Origin: a virus
Direction: 5' to 3' (one strand)
DNA length: 64,000 nt
Virus record (IMG/VR): IMGVR_UViG_3300035703_000020
Location: 32,001-96,000 of that record
The notes under the pieces: generated by a model
The model's database searches: none
What the model was told of the DNA's origin: nothing
The model's input: the letters and a program-made list of their open reading frames with translations, nothing else
In this document: piece after piece, positions 55,494-64,000 of the stretch
Position numbering within the stretch: position 1 is the first letter of the stretch
Layout of the letters: every line of letters begins with the position of its first letter
Translations under genes and position numbers: made by a program

Positions 55494-56674
55494 TGGAGCT
55501 CCGGTCGATCACGAAGATCGAGCAGTTCATGACCAACGCGCTGCTGTCCTCGCCGCTCGTCCCGCTCGGGGTGAACGTGGTGAGGCTGGCGGACGTGTCC
55601 GACGAGGAGGGCATCTTCCAGATGGTCAACTCGATGGTCGTGCGCTACACCGACTCGAGCGTGAACATCGTCAGCCGCGCACCACTCTCGATGGAGCGCA
55701 CGCTGAACTTCGAGGTGAACATCGCCTGCCAGAGCTACCTCAGCAACTCCGGGCACGATTTCGCCGTGCAGCTGCTGGCCGCGGCCCACGAGACGCTGAT
55801 CAACCAGGTGCCGTGCGACACCGGCCTGGAGGTGATCGAGCCGCTGGTGATGTCGAGCGAGCGCTTCACCGGGCTCACGGACTCCACGCACTACACCTAC
55901 ACGCAGACCTGGTCGCTGGTGGTGCAGGACTACTACCGCGGCATCGCCCTCGACCCGTGCGTCGCCCGCGGCAACTGCAGCAAGCTGTGGCCGGCGTACC
56001 TCAACCAGAGGCTCCTCCCCGGCGAGTTCGTCGCGAGCGGCAGGATCACCGCCCCGGTGCTGCCGCCGCCGAACGACTCGATCGACTACGACTGCGAGTA
56101 CGCCGGCGTCGTGGTGAACGAGGCGGGCGACTGGGTCTACAAGTGGGACCCCACCAAGGTGTTCATGTCCGCCGGCGAGATCGCGAACTGCGAGGTCATC
56201 TACACCGGCCAGACGGACGAGTCGGGCAAGTTCTACATCTATAACATCAAGTGCGGCGGCGAGTTCGTCAGGTTCTTCTTCGCCTGCGACACCGGCAAGA
56301 GGCTGCTGCAGGTGAGCGAGACCCTGTTCAGGTCGCCGAACCAGCTCGTCGGGCTGCCGCGGGTCTCGGATCCAGGAGAGAGGATCGTGCCCAACACGCT
56401 GCTGCCCCGCAACGGGTACGGCTTCGTGGCGCCGGCCAAGGCGTTCATCTACAAGGACCCGACCGACCCCGACGCCATCGCCATCCTCGTGCAGAACGGC
56501 GACCTGTTCCCGACCGAGGAGGGCACGGTGCTGGCGGTCGACGACGCCTCGTACTACCGCATCGGCGGCACCCCGATTGGCAAGGCCTGGATCGACACGC
56601 GCGACTTCAGCCTGCTCGAGCCGAACCAATACCTGCCCCGGGTGGACGCGTCCGGGCCGGAGATCGAGGAGTAG
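55493..56674 (+). CDS. tail terminator-like (Mu gp37-like) protein with C-terminal extension
   Basis: N-terminal about 150-aa alpha/beta pattern; neck context. Confidence 0.5.
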   Translation: MELRSITKIEQFMTNALLSSPLVPLGVNVVRLADVSDEEGIFQMVNSMVVRYTDSSVNIVSRAPLSMERTLNFEVNIACQSYLSNSGHDFAVQLLAAAHETLINQVPCDTGLEVIEPLVMSSERFTGLTDSTHYTYTQTWSLVVQDYYRGIALDPCVARGNCSKLWPAYLNQRLLPGEFVASGRITAPVLPPPNDSIDYDCEYAGVVVNEAGDWVYKWDPTKVFMSAGEIANCEVIYTGQTDESGKFYIYNIKCGGEFVRFFFACDTGKRLLQVSETLFRSPNQLVGLPRVSDPGERIVPNTLLPRNGYGFVAPAKAFIYKDPTDPDAIAILVQNGDLFPTEEGTVLAVDDASYYRIGGTPIGKAWIDTRDFSLLEPNQYLPRVDASGPEIEE

Positions 56675-56688
56675 GGTAAGAGCCGCTG

Positions 56689-56904
56689 ATGGGAACAGCC
56701 GCGCGGGTGGACCTCTCCGACCTGAGCAACGAAGTGGACGCATCGCGCTACAGGCGCATGAGGCGGACCTACATCAACATGCTGGCCTCGGAGGTCCCCG
56801 AGTCCTTCCTCCTCCGCTTCGACAGCGAGGAGACGGCGCTCGAGGAGCTGCTAGACGCCATCTACGGCACAATGGAGGCGGACGACGATGAACAACGGGC
56901 GTGA
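56689..56904 (+). CDS. hypothetical protein
   Basis: GGGTAAG 9 nt upstream of the ATG. Confidence 0.5.
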   Translation: MGTAARVDLSDLSNEVDASRYRRMRRTYINMLASEVPESFLLRFDSEETALEELLDAIYGTMEADDDEQRA

Positions 56905-57073
56905 CATCCTCTGGAAGGAGTACTACGCCGCGGTCAAGGCCGGCAACGCCGACCGCGCCAAGCTGATTCTGAAGAAGCTGCACTCGGGCCCCTCCGGGAC
57001 GTCCGGGTCGGTGTACATGCCCAACGGCGCGCAGGCGCCGGGTGGGTGCAAGCGATGCAGGAGGACGATCTGA
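56888..57073 (+). CDS. small basic protein ending GCKRCRR
   Basis: Overlap-coupled ORF. Confidence 0.5.
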   Translation: MNNGRDILWKEYYAAVKAGNADRAKLILKKLHSGPSGTSGSVYMPNGAQAPGGCKRCRRTI

Positions 57074-57366
57074 TGGCCGACAGGAACGAGCGGATCATCG
57101 AGCAGAAGAGCAAGCTCGCCGAGAAGGTGCTGAAGGTGGCCGAGCAGGCGCTCGGCGACATCGAGGCGACCATGGGCGAGGCGCCCGTGCGCGACCTGAT
57201 CAGCATCTTCAACTCCTCGATCAAGGTCCACCGCGACCTCATGAGCGACATCGTCGCCATCCAGGAGAGCGAGACGAAGGCCGAGAAGGAGCTGGCCAAG
57301 GACAAGGAGTACACCTCCAAGGTCGACGACCTGCTCAAGAAGCTGGGGCAGGGCAAGCAGGAATGA
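57073..57366 (+). CDS. helical protein, candidate terminase small subunit
   Basis: Coupled immediately upstream of the large terminase. Confidence 0.45.
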   Translation: MADRNERIIEQKSKLAEKVLKVAEQALGDIEATMGEAPVRDLISIFNSSIKVHRDLMSDIVAIQESETKAEKELAKDKEYTSKVDDLLKKLGQGKQE

Positions 57367-59051
57367 GGCCCATCATCACGCACGCGTCGCAGCTGGAGGA
57401 GCACTCGAGCTGGCGCGTGTACAAGCGCGGGCTCCGCGAGCTGGAGCTCATGGAGGCGCCGAAGAGCGTGCTGCAGGACTACAGGTTCCGCGCGGCGCGC
57501 TCTTGCTTTCTGGCGTTCGCGGACGTCATGCTCGACGGCAAGCTGCAGGTCGCCGACTTCCACGAGATCATCGGCTCCGCGTTCGAGGACGTCGCCCAGC
57601 TGCGCTACCAGAGGCTGATCGTCAGCTGCGCGCCGCGCTCGGGCAAGTCAATGCTCGCCCAGCTGTTCGTCGCATGGCTCCTCGGCCACGACGAGCAGAC
57701 GCAGCACATCATCGCGTCGTACGGCCAGCTCCTCTCGAACAAGTTCAACCGCGGGGTCAACGGCTACCTCCGCCACAAGCACTTCCAGCGCATCTTCCCC
57801 GAGTGGAGCGGCTTCCACCCGGACTCCAAGTACGACATGCGCGGCGGCGGGTTCATCCTCGCGACGTCCGTCGGCGGGGTGCTCACAGGCTTCACGGCCG
57901 GGACGCCGCACGAGGACAGCCCCGGCGTCGGCGCGATGGTCATCGACGACCCGCTGAAGGGCTCGGACTCCCGCGCCGCGTTCGAGGAGTTAGAGGACTG
58001 GTGGGGCGAGCAGGCGTCCACCCGGCGCACGAACCGCTGGGCCCAGCTCGTCATCGGCACCCGCTTCGGCGAGAAGGACCTCCACGGCCTCCTGATGGAC
58101 GGCGACGGCCTCTGGGACCCCGACGACAACCCGAAGGGCTGGCGGTGGGTGAACATCGAGGCGCTCTGCGAGAACGAGGCGACCGACATCCTCGGCCGGA
58201 AGAACGGCGAGTCGCACTGGCCCGGTAACGGCACCTTCACCGTCGACATGCTCCTCTCGCAGAAGAGGATCATGGGCTCGGACAAGTTCTCCGCGCTCTA
58301 CCAGGGCAGGCCGACGGCGCAGGAGGGCTCGATCGTCAAGGCGGGCTGGATCAGCGTGAAAAGGCCCGAGGACTGCCCGGAGTTCGACATCACCTACCTG
58401 TCGCTCGACACGGCGTTCTCCGAGAAGCAGAGCGCGGACGAAAGCGTGATCGCGGTGATGGGCTACTCGCGCAAGCACAAGGACGACGTCTACGTCCGCG
58501 AGATCATCAGCGGGCGGTGGGGCTTCCCAGACCTGCTCGCCATGCTCGAGCAGACGCGGAAATACTATGGGGCGAAGTTCCTCACGATCGAGCAGGCGGC
58601 GTCCGGCCAGTCGCTGATCCAGATGCTCGAGCGGGAGAGCAAGATACACATCCACGGATTCAAGCCGCTGCGGTCCAAGACGATCCGCCTGCAGACGGTG
58701 TCCCCGCTGTGGGAGGCCGGGCGCGTGCACTTCGTCGAGGGCGCCTGGACGGACGACTTCATTAAGGAGCTCACGGCCTTCCCCTTCGTGCCGCACGACG
58801 ACCGGACTGACGCGGTCGTTTACGGGTTGACGTACTACATGTTCCACCTCGACGGTGGAACGCACGGCGACACGCTCCAGGCGATTGTCGGCGCCAAGGG
58901 CAAGTCACCAGGCCGCGGGCAGCTCACGGGCGAGTTCACGGAGCTGCGGAGCGGCAGGAAGCGCGAGCTGCTGACGCACGGCGAGAGGGCACTGTACTTC
59001 GGCAAAGGCGGCAAGCGGTCGGGGCTCTCGTACGACATAGGCATGGACTGA
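57363..59051 (+). CDS. terL: terminase large subunit
   Basis: Walker A APRSGKS, Walker B VIDDP, GTRF, LYQGRP, LDTA, HDDRTDA. Confidence 0.93.
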   Translation: MRPIITHASQLEEHSSWRVYKRGLRELELMEAPKSVLQDYRFRAARSCFLAFADVMLDGKLQVADFHEIIGSAFEDVAQLRYQRLIVSCAPRSGKSMLAQLFVAWLLGHDEQTQHIIASYGQLLSNKFNRGVNGYLRHKHFQRIFPEWSGFHPDSKYDMRGGGFILATSVGGVLTGFTAGTPHEDSPGVGAMVIDDPLKGSDSRAAFEELEDWWGEQASTRRTNRWAQLVIGTRFGEKDLHGLLMDGDGLWDPDDNPKGWRWVNIEALCENEATDILGRKNGESHWPGNGTFTVDMLLSQKRIMGSDKFSALYQGRPTAQEGSIVKAGWISVKRPEDCPEFDITYLSLDTAFSEKQSADESVIAVMGYSRKHKDDVYVREIISGRWGFPDLLAMLEQTRKYYGAKFLTIEQAASGQSLIQMLERESKIHIHGFKPLRSKTIRLQTVSPLWEAGRVHFVEGAWTDDFIKELTAFPFVPHDDRTDAVVYGLTYYMFHLDGGTHGDTLQAIVGAKGKSPGRGQLTGEFTELRSGRKRELLTHGERALYFGKGGKRSGLSYDIGMD

Positions 59052-59144
59052 TCCCCCTTCACATGCTTAGCCGACGAGCGGGGCATCTTATTCAATAAGT
59101 AAAAGAAGACATGGGTAATATAATGACGTTCGCGTCTTACACTC

Positions 59145-59441
59145 GTGCCGAATAATAGATTCCAGAAGAAACGCACCTTCATGAAGACTCAGCCAATGGA
59201 CGACCGATTCATAGAGGAGCGCATCCCCGTAGAGGCCAAACCACCGCGTAATTACCTTCGTGATCGCGGCAAGCGACTCACTAATCGAGCCACCGGACGC
59301 CGCATAACCGTGCAGGGCGGTGTCGGTTGGAAAGAGATCTGCGAAGAGATCCTCCGCGATGGTACGCATCCGAAATCACTCGCCCAGGTTGCGGCTGGAA
59401 AATGGAAAACTGCCAATGGGTGGGAGGTCGAGGTATTGTGA
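59145..59441 (+). CDS. small basic protein, NUMOD1-like HTH end
   Basis: PKSLAQVAAGKWKTANGW; AT-richer DNA. Confidence 0.5.
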   Translation: MPNNRFQKKRTFMKTQPMDDRFIEERIPVEAKPPRNYLRDRGKRLTNRATGRRITVQGGVGWKEICEEILRDGTHPKSLAQVAAGKWKTANGWEVEVL

Positions 59442-59875
59442 AACACAAGCACAGAATCACGCCAGGCTACGAAGGTGGTGAGTACGTAGAGGGGAATGTA
59501 GTCGAGCTGACACCGACGCAGCACGCAATGTGGCATTTCGCCGAATGGCAACGCAAAGGCAATTGGCAAGATAGATTAGCGTGGCAGTGCTTGACCGCGC
59601 AATGCACGAGGGGGGAAGCTGTAAGAAAAGCTCAATCAGAAGGCGGTAAACTGGGAGGCAGATCAAGACCATCGGCTGAAGCTAGAGAGAAAATGAGCGC
59701 GTGGCAACGTGGTGAAAGGAGCCCGAGTTACGGAAAATGTAAGAGCGAGGAAACGCGGAGGAAAATTTCGGCAAGTAGCAAGGGAAAGAAACTGAGCGAG
59801 GAAACACGCCGCAAAATAAGCGAGGCCAGTAAAGGTAGAACACCATGGAATAAGGGCTTGCGTCTGCGGGGGTAA
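59438..59875 (+). mobile_element. free-standing HNH homing endonuclease with NUMOD3 repeats
   Basis: HKHRITP..GG..N..LTPTQHAMWH; SEETRRKIS repeats; PWNKG; markedly lower GC. Confidence 0.85.
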
Positions 59876-59905
59876 GCTCGGGACATACCTTGGCAAGAAT
59901 ATGCC

Positions 59906-60706
59906 ATGGCAAAAATTAAAGGGGGTGAGCCGCATGATCACCTAGAGTTCGCATTGGTCGAATCTCAAACCTTTGTCACCGATACAATGCCAGCTTGCAA
60001 AGAGCGTCGCAAGGAACGCAGGGCTAACGTGGCCCGCGCCGAGCTCGACACCCACCGCAACATGGACCTCATGCCGTTCATCCCGAGGACGGACAGGCAG
60101 GAGGAGCTCTGGACATGCCTCAACAAGAACACCGTCACGATCGCCGTCGGCCCGGCCGGCGTCGGTAAGACCCTCGTGGCCCTGCACTGGGGCCTCAGCT
60201 CGATCAGGGTCAACCAGATCGACAAGATCTACTACCTGCGCTCCGACGTCGGGGTCATGCACCAGCGGGGCCGCGGCGCGCTGCCGGGCACGATGGAGGA
60301 GAAGATGGCGCCGCTCGTCGGCCCGGTCTTCGACAACCTCAACGTGATCATGCGGTCGCACGGCGCCGCCGAGTACCTCGTCAACAAGAAGGTCGTCGAG
60401 CCGATCCTGCTCGAGGACGTCCGCGGCCGCTCGCTGTCGAACTGCCTGATCGTCTTTGACGAGGCGCAGAACGCCACGCCCGACCAGTGCAAGACCGTGC
60501 TGAGTCGCGTCGGCGAGAACGCCAAGGTGGTCCTCACGGGCGACACCAGGCAGATCGACCTCGACGTGTTCCAGACCAACTGCGGGCTGATCGACGCCTA
60601 CCAGCGCCTCGCGGGGCTCGACCAGGTCGGCAGGGTCCGGTTCACGGCCGACGACATCGTGCGCAACTCGGTGATCGCACACATCCTCAGAAGGTATGAC
60701 GACTGA
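59906..60706 (+). CDS. phoH: PhoH family ATPase
   Basis: GPAGVGKT, LPG, RGRSL, DEAQN, GDTRQID, DIVRN. Confidence 0.93.
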   Translation: MAKIKGGEPHDHLEFALVESQTFVTDTMPACKERRKERRANVARAELDTHRNMDLMPFIPRTDRQEELWTCLNKNTVTIAVGPAGVGKTLVALHWGLSSIRVNQIDKIYYLRSDVGVMHQRGRGALPGTMEEKMAPLVGPVFDNLNVIMRSHGAAEYLVNKKVVEPILLEDVRGRSLSNCLIVFDEAQNATPDQCKTVLSRVGENAKVVLTGDTRQIDLDVFQTNCGLIDAYQRLAGLDQVGRVRFTADDIVRNSVIAHILRRYDD

Positions 60707-61472
60707 CGCGGACAGGTACGCATCCTCGTTCGACGGTGGGTCCCGGGAGGTTCTCGGGGCCCTCTTCGACTTCGCGGCGTGCGAGAGGCCGGACGGGTCC
60801 CGCTACGGGATCGCGGCCGGCAGGCGGTGCAGGAAGGGCCGCGAGGTCGACATCGAGGGCGCCGAGTGGGAGTACCTCACGAAGGGCAACTACGGGGCCG
60901 TCGAGATCGACCGAAAGCAGGGGCTGATCCGCAAGACCAACGTGCCGGGCCGGAGCTTCGGCGAGCACGAGGCGGAGCTGCAGAGGATGATGGGCGACGC
61001 GGGCCACAGCCCGAAGCTCCACAGGGCGTCCGACAGCGAGATCGTCATGGACCTGGCGCCCGGGAAGACGATCTGGAAGGACTACAGGCCGTCCGAGGGC
61101 GAGAAGGGCGTGAGGTTCAACGAGGCGCAGGCCTCGGCCGCGGCGAAGGCCGTGCTGTTCCTCCACCGCAAGGGCTTCTACCACGGCGACATGCACAGCC
61201 TGCAGTGGATGGTGGACGGCGACAGGCCCATGCTGATCGACTTCGGCCTGAGCGGTAAAACGGCCTCGGACCCGAGGAAGGCGCTGCAGGACTGGACGAA
61301 GGGCGCGGCGTTCATGAACCTCGACGCCGTCGGCGGGGAGGGCGGCAGGCGCGTCCGGGACTACGTCGGGCGGTACAGGGAGGCGGGGGCGTCCAAGCCC
61401 GCGAAGGACAGGCAGGCCAAGCAGGAGCAGGTCGCCAGGGAGTACCTGGACTGGGTCGGCTCGCTCGGGTAA
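60696..61472 (+). CDS. protein-kinase-like enzyme fused to the N-terminal Cys module
   Basis: DFAACERPDGSRYG..CRKG, then LTKGNYGAV, HGDMH, LIDFGLS. Confidence 0.8.
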   Translation: MTTDADRYASSFDGGSREVLGALFDFAACERPDGSRYGIAAGRRCRKGREVDIEGAEWEYLTKGNYGAVEIDRKQGLIRKTNVPGRSFGEHEAELQRMMGDAGHSPKLHRASDSEIVMDLAPGKTIWKDYRPSEGEKGVRFNEAQASAAAKAVLFLHRKGFYHGDMHSLQWMVDGDRPMLIDFGLSGKTASDPRKALQDWTKGAAFMNLDAVGGEGGRRVRDYVGRYREAGASKPAKDRQAKQEQVAREYLDWVGSLG

Positions 61473-61515
61473 ACCCTACGAGGCGGGCTCCCGTCCCGCG
61501 TTAAAGCAGACTGCC

Positions 61516-62124
61516 ATGAGAAAAGACCGCTTCACCGACGAGGCCCTGCGGAACGCGCGGGCGCTCGCCGAACTGAAATACTCCGAGAACCCCGAGGAGC
61601 AGACGGCCTTCGCGGAGGCCTACGACTTCGCGCGCTGCCAGCGGCCCGACGGCACCTTCTACGGCACCAGCGGCCAGTGCCGCAAGGGCCAGGAGGCCGG
61701 CGCCAACAAGAAGCTCAAGACGGACTTCCGCAAGGAGGTGGCCGCCGGCGCCGCCAAGCGCAAGGTGCGGGACGAAAAGATCACGGCCAGGCAGGGCCGC
61801 GACGCCGAGCTGCGGACGCAGATCCGCGACGCGATCGTCGCGCAGCGCCCGATCAAGGCCGAGCTCGACCGCCGCGAGCGGGCCCTCCGCGAGGTGGAGC
61901 GCCGCGTGAAGAAGGACCCCTCGAAGGAGAACAGGGCCAACATGAGGACGCTCGCCGCCGCCGTGCGGGAGAAGGAGCGCGAGTACAACAAGGCCGAGCG
62001 GGAGATCGAGAAGATGGCGCGCGAGCGGGCGCGCCTCGAGCGGCAGCGGCAGCGCGAGCTGATGACCCCGGCCCAGAGGGCCGAGGAGCGCCGCGTCGGC
62101 AAGATCATCAAGGAGCGCGGCTGA
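61516..62124 (+). CDS. Cys-module protein with basic coiled-coil cargo
   Basis: YDFARCQRPDGTFYGTSGQCRKG. Confidence 0.8.
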   Translation: MRKDRFTDEALRNARALAELKYSENPEEQTAFAEAYDFARCQRPDGTFYGTSGQCRKGQEAGANKKLKTDFRKEVAAGAAKRKVRDEKITARQGRDAELRTQIRDAIVAQRPIKAELDRRERALREVERRVKKDPSKENRANMRTLAAAVREKEREYNKAEREIEKMARERARLERQRQRELMTPAQRAEERRVGKIIKERG

Positions 62125-62717
62125 TGGCCAGGGTACACAGCAACATCTTCGACAACTTCAGCGAGGAGGCCCTCGAGGCGCTGGACTTCGCCCGTTGCCA
62201 GCGGGCCGACGGCTCCTACTACGGGACCTCGGGCCAGTGCCGCAAGGGCAAGGAGGCGGGCGACAAGACAGCTGAGCAAAAGAAAGTTCCAACGGCGAAG
62301 CCCAGCGGAGTAAGCAACGAGCAGGCGATGAAGCTCCGCGCCTCCCTCACCAAGCAGATCGGCGACGCAGCAAAGTCCCGCGACCTGAACAAGACCAACA
62401 ATCTGATGCAGGCGCTCGCGGCCGTCGAAGGTCAGCTCAAGGCCAGAGGCGTTAATCTCGCCGGAGGCGGGGCGATGGCCGAGGCCAAGGCCGGCGAGCG
62501 CGAGATCGCCCGCGGCGAGAAGTTCATCGGCCGCGCCCGCGTCGCGATGAAGAAGCTCTCCAACGAGCGCAATGTCGCCCAGATGCGCCTGCAGATCGGG
62601 CGCATGAACCAGATCGACGAGGCCATGAAGCGCCTCCGCAAGAAGGCTGAGCAGGTCGGCGGGCGGCTCGACGAGCTGACCGGCACCAAGGGCCAGGGCA
62701 AGTACTACGTCCCCTGA
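62124..62717 (+). CDS. Cys-module protein with basic helical cargo
   Basis: FSEEALEALDFARCQRADGSYYGTSGQCRKG. Confidence 0.8.
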   Translation: MARVHSNIFDNFSEEALEALDFARCQRADGSYYGTSGQCRKGKEAGDKTAEQKKVPTAKPSGVSNEQAMKLRASLTKQIGDAAKSRDLNKTNNLMQALAAVEGQLKARGVNLAGGGAMAEAKAGEREIARGEKFIGRARVAMKKLSNERNVAQMRLQIGRMNQIDEAMKRLRKKAEQVGGRLDELTGTKGQGKYYVP

Positions 62718-62863
62718 GGCCGGCATGGCGATACACGACAACATCTTCGACAACTTCAGCGAGGAGGCCCTCGAGGCGCTGGACTTCGCCCGTTGCCAGC
62801 GGGCCGACGGCTCCTACTACGGGACCTCGGGCCAGTGCCGCAAGGGCAAGGAGGCGGGCGACA
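62141..62863 (+). repeat. 125-bp identical direct repeat (62141-62265 and 62739-62863)
   Basis: Base-by-base identity over the module-coding region. Confidence 0.92.
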
Positions 62864-63243
62864 GGCCGGCCGAGGCGCCCAAGGGCGACCGGGCGCCGGT
62901 GCTCAAGGACCGCATCGCCAAGGCTAAGGCGTCAGGTGACAAGAAGAAGCCTGAGATCGACGAGAGCAAGCTCTACAGGCTGAATCAGAAGCAGAACCAG
63001 CTGGCCGAGAGAATCGGGCGCGAGCGGTCCATGCTGGCCCGCATGAGCACGGGCAAGGCGGCTGCCGAGCTCCGCAAGCGGCGCGAGGACCGCATCAAGA
63101 AGCTCTCGCGGTCGCTCAAGCGGCTGGGCGAGCTGCGAACCGAGGCGAACAGGCGGCTCGACAAGGGCGCCAGGAAGTCCGGCAGGCCGAGGCCGCTGAT
63201 GGCCCCCAACTGGGGTACCAGCCCCGGGAGACCCACCAAGTAG
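62725..63243 (+). CDS. Cys-module protein with basic cargo
   Basis: Same module as 62124, unrelated C-terminus. Confidence 0.8.
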   Translation: MAIHDNIFDNFSEEALEALDFARCQRADGSYYGTSGQCRKGKEAGDRPAEAPKGDRAPVLKDRIAKAKASGDKKKPEIDESKLYRLNQKQNQLAERIGRERSMLARMSTGKAAAELRKRREDRIKKLSRSLKRLGELRTEANRRLDKGARKSGRPRPLMAPNWGTSPGRPTK

Positions 63244-63247
63244 GCCC

Positions 63248-63667
63248 ATGAACAACTTCGGACGCATCAACCCCGAGGCCCTCGAGTGGGCCGAGAACCC
63301 CGAGTGGGCCGAGAAGTACGGCGGCATCGACTTCCGCCCGCCCCAGTCCGTGGCTGACGCGGCGGCGCGCGGGCTCGAGCTGCGCAAGAAGACGGGCCGC
63401 GGCGGCTTCAGCACGAAGCAGGCGGCCGCCGAGGGCGTGGGCTCCGGCGTGCAGCGCGCCGCGTCGCTGAAGAACAGGCAGTCGCTGTCGCCGGCGACCA
63501 TCGGCCGCATGGTGAGCTTCTTCGCCCGCCACTCGGCGTACAAGAAGGACCACACGACGGACCCCCCGTCCAACAGCCTCATCTCGTGGCTGCTCTGGGG
63601 CGGCGACCCGGGCAGGGCCTGGGCCGAGAAGGTCAAGGCGCAGATGGACCGGGCCGATGAGAAGTAG
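63248..63667 (+). CDS. conserved phage head-associated domain protein
   Basis: AARGLELR..RMVSFFARH..ISWLLWGGDPGRAWA. Confidence 0.7.
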   Translation: MNNFGRINPEALEWAENPEWAEKYGGIDFRPPQSVADAAARGLELRKKTGRGGFSTKQAAAEGVGSGVQRAASLKNRQSLSPATIGRMVSFFARHSAYKKDHTTDPPSNSLISWLLWGGDPGRAWAEKVKAQMDRADEK

Positions 63668-64000
63668 GCTACCGCAGCACGGCGGCTGGGACACCGGCCT
63701 CGAGGCGAAGGCCAGGGAGGTCCTCGCGCTCCGCTACTCTGAGTCGAACGGGCACCTGGACTACACGATCTGCCAGCGCGCGGACGACTCCCGGTACGGG
63801 ATCGGCGAGGGCAAGGAGTGCCGCAAGGGGAAGGAGGTCAGTCGCGAGGAGGTGCTCACGATGCTGACGCGCGAGGGGCTCGTGCGCACGGACAAGCAGC
63901 GCGAGAGGCTCAGGCAGCTCGACGACAAGACCCTTGCGAAGGTCGCCGACAGGGCGGTCACCCGCGCCGAGCAGGGCACGCTGAAGATCGCCGGGAAGAT
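63657..64000 (+). CDS. Cys-module protein, 3'-truncated (absent from the ORF track)
   Basis: Hand translation: MRSRLPQHGGW...YSE..LDYTICQRADDSRYGIGEGKECRKGKE. Confidence 0.75.
   Translation, partial: MRSRLPQHGGWDTGLEAKAREVLALRYSESNGHLDYTICQRADDSRYGIGEGKECRKGKEVSREEVLTMLTREGLVRTDKQRERLRQLDDKTLAKVADRAVTRAEQGTLKIAGK

Noticed and set aside
59052-59905. Group I intron around the HNH gene
   Set aside because: terL and phoH are each intact on either side, and no P/Q/R/S core was recognised
1-64000. Stop-codon reassignment
   Set aside because: Conserved genes are full-length in code 11, all three stops are used, and no suppressor tRNA was found

Overview
A 64-kb, high-GC segment of a large lytic myovirus. 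Essentially every credible gene is on the + strand, and the long - strand ORFs are codon-bias shadows. The host is probably a cyanobacterium (Synechococcus/Cyanobium-like), inferred from a cyanobacterial-type tmRNA tag and many small cyanophage-like genes. Layout: (1) 1-2.8 kb, small early genes and a peroxiredoxin. (2) 2.8-5.2 kb, an RNA island with 5 canonical tRNAs, several truncated tRNA mimics, many hairpin ncRNA candidates and a circularly permuted two-piece tmRNA. (3) 5-22 kb, RNA-repair and DNA-metabolism genes, including a mitochondrial Pol-gamma-like DNA polymerase. This block also holds a candidate cytosine-modification set: a ThyA with Asn177->Asp, a dNMP kinase, an MBD4-like glycosylase, a DenA-like nuclease and an aGPT-Pplase1/HMUDK-like protein. 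(4) 22-59 kb, a Mu-like head and contractile-tail module, tail fibres and terminase. (5) 59-64 kb, an HNH/NUMOD3 homing endonuclease, phoH and a tandem family of proteins. These share an N-terminal DFxxCxRxDGxxYG...CRKG module fused to different cargoes, one of them a kinase. Two promoter classes are visible: a composite GTG..CAC/CCGGAG/-10 element and a short GGGTAAR element before late genes. All family assignments come from recalled motifs; no database search was run.
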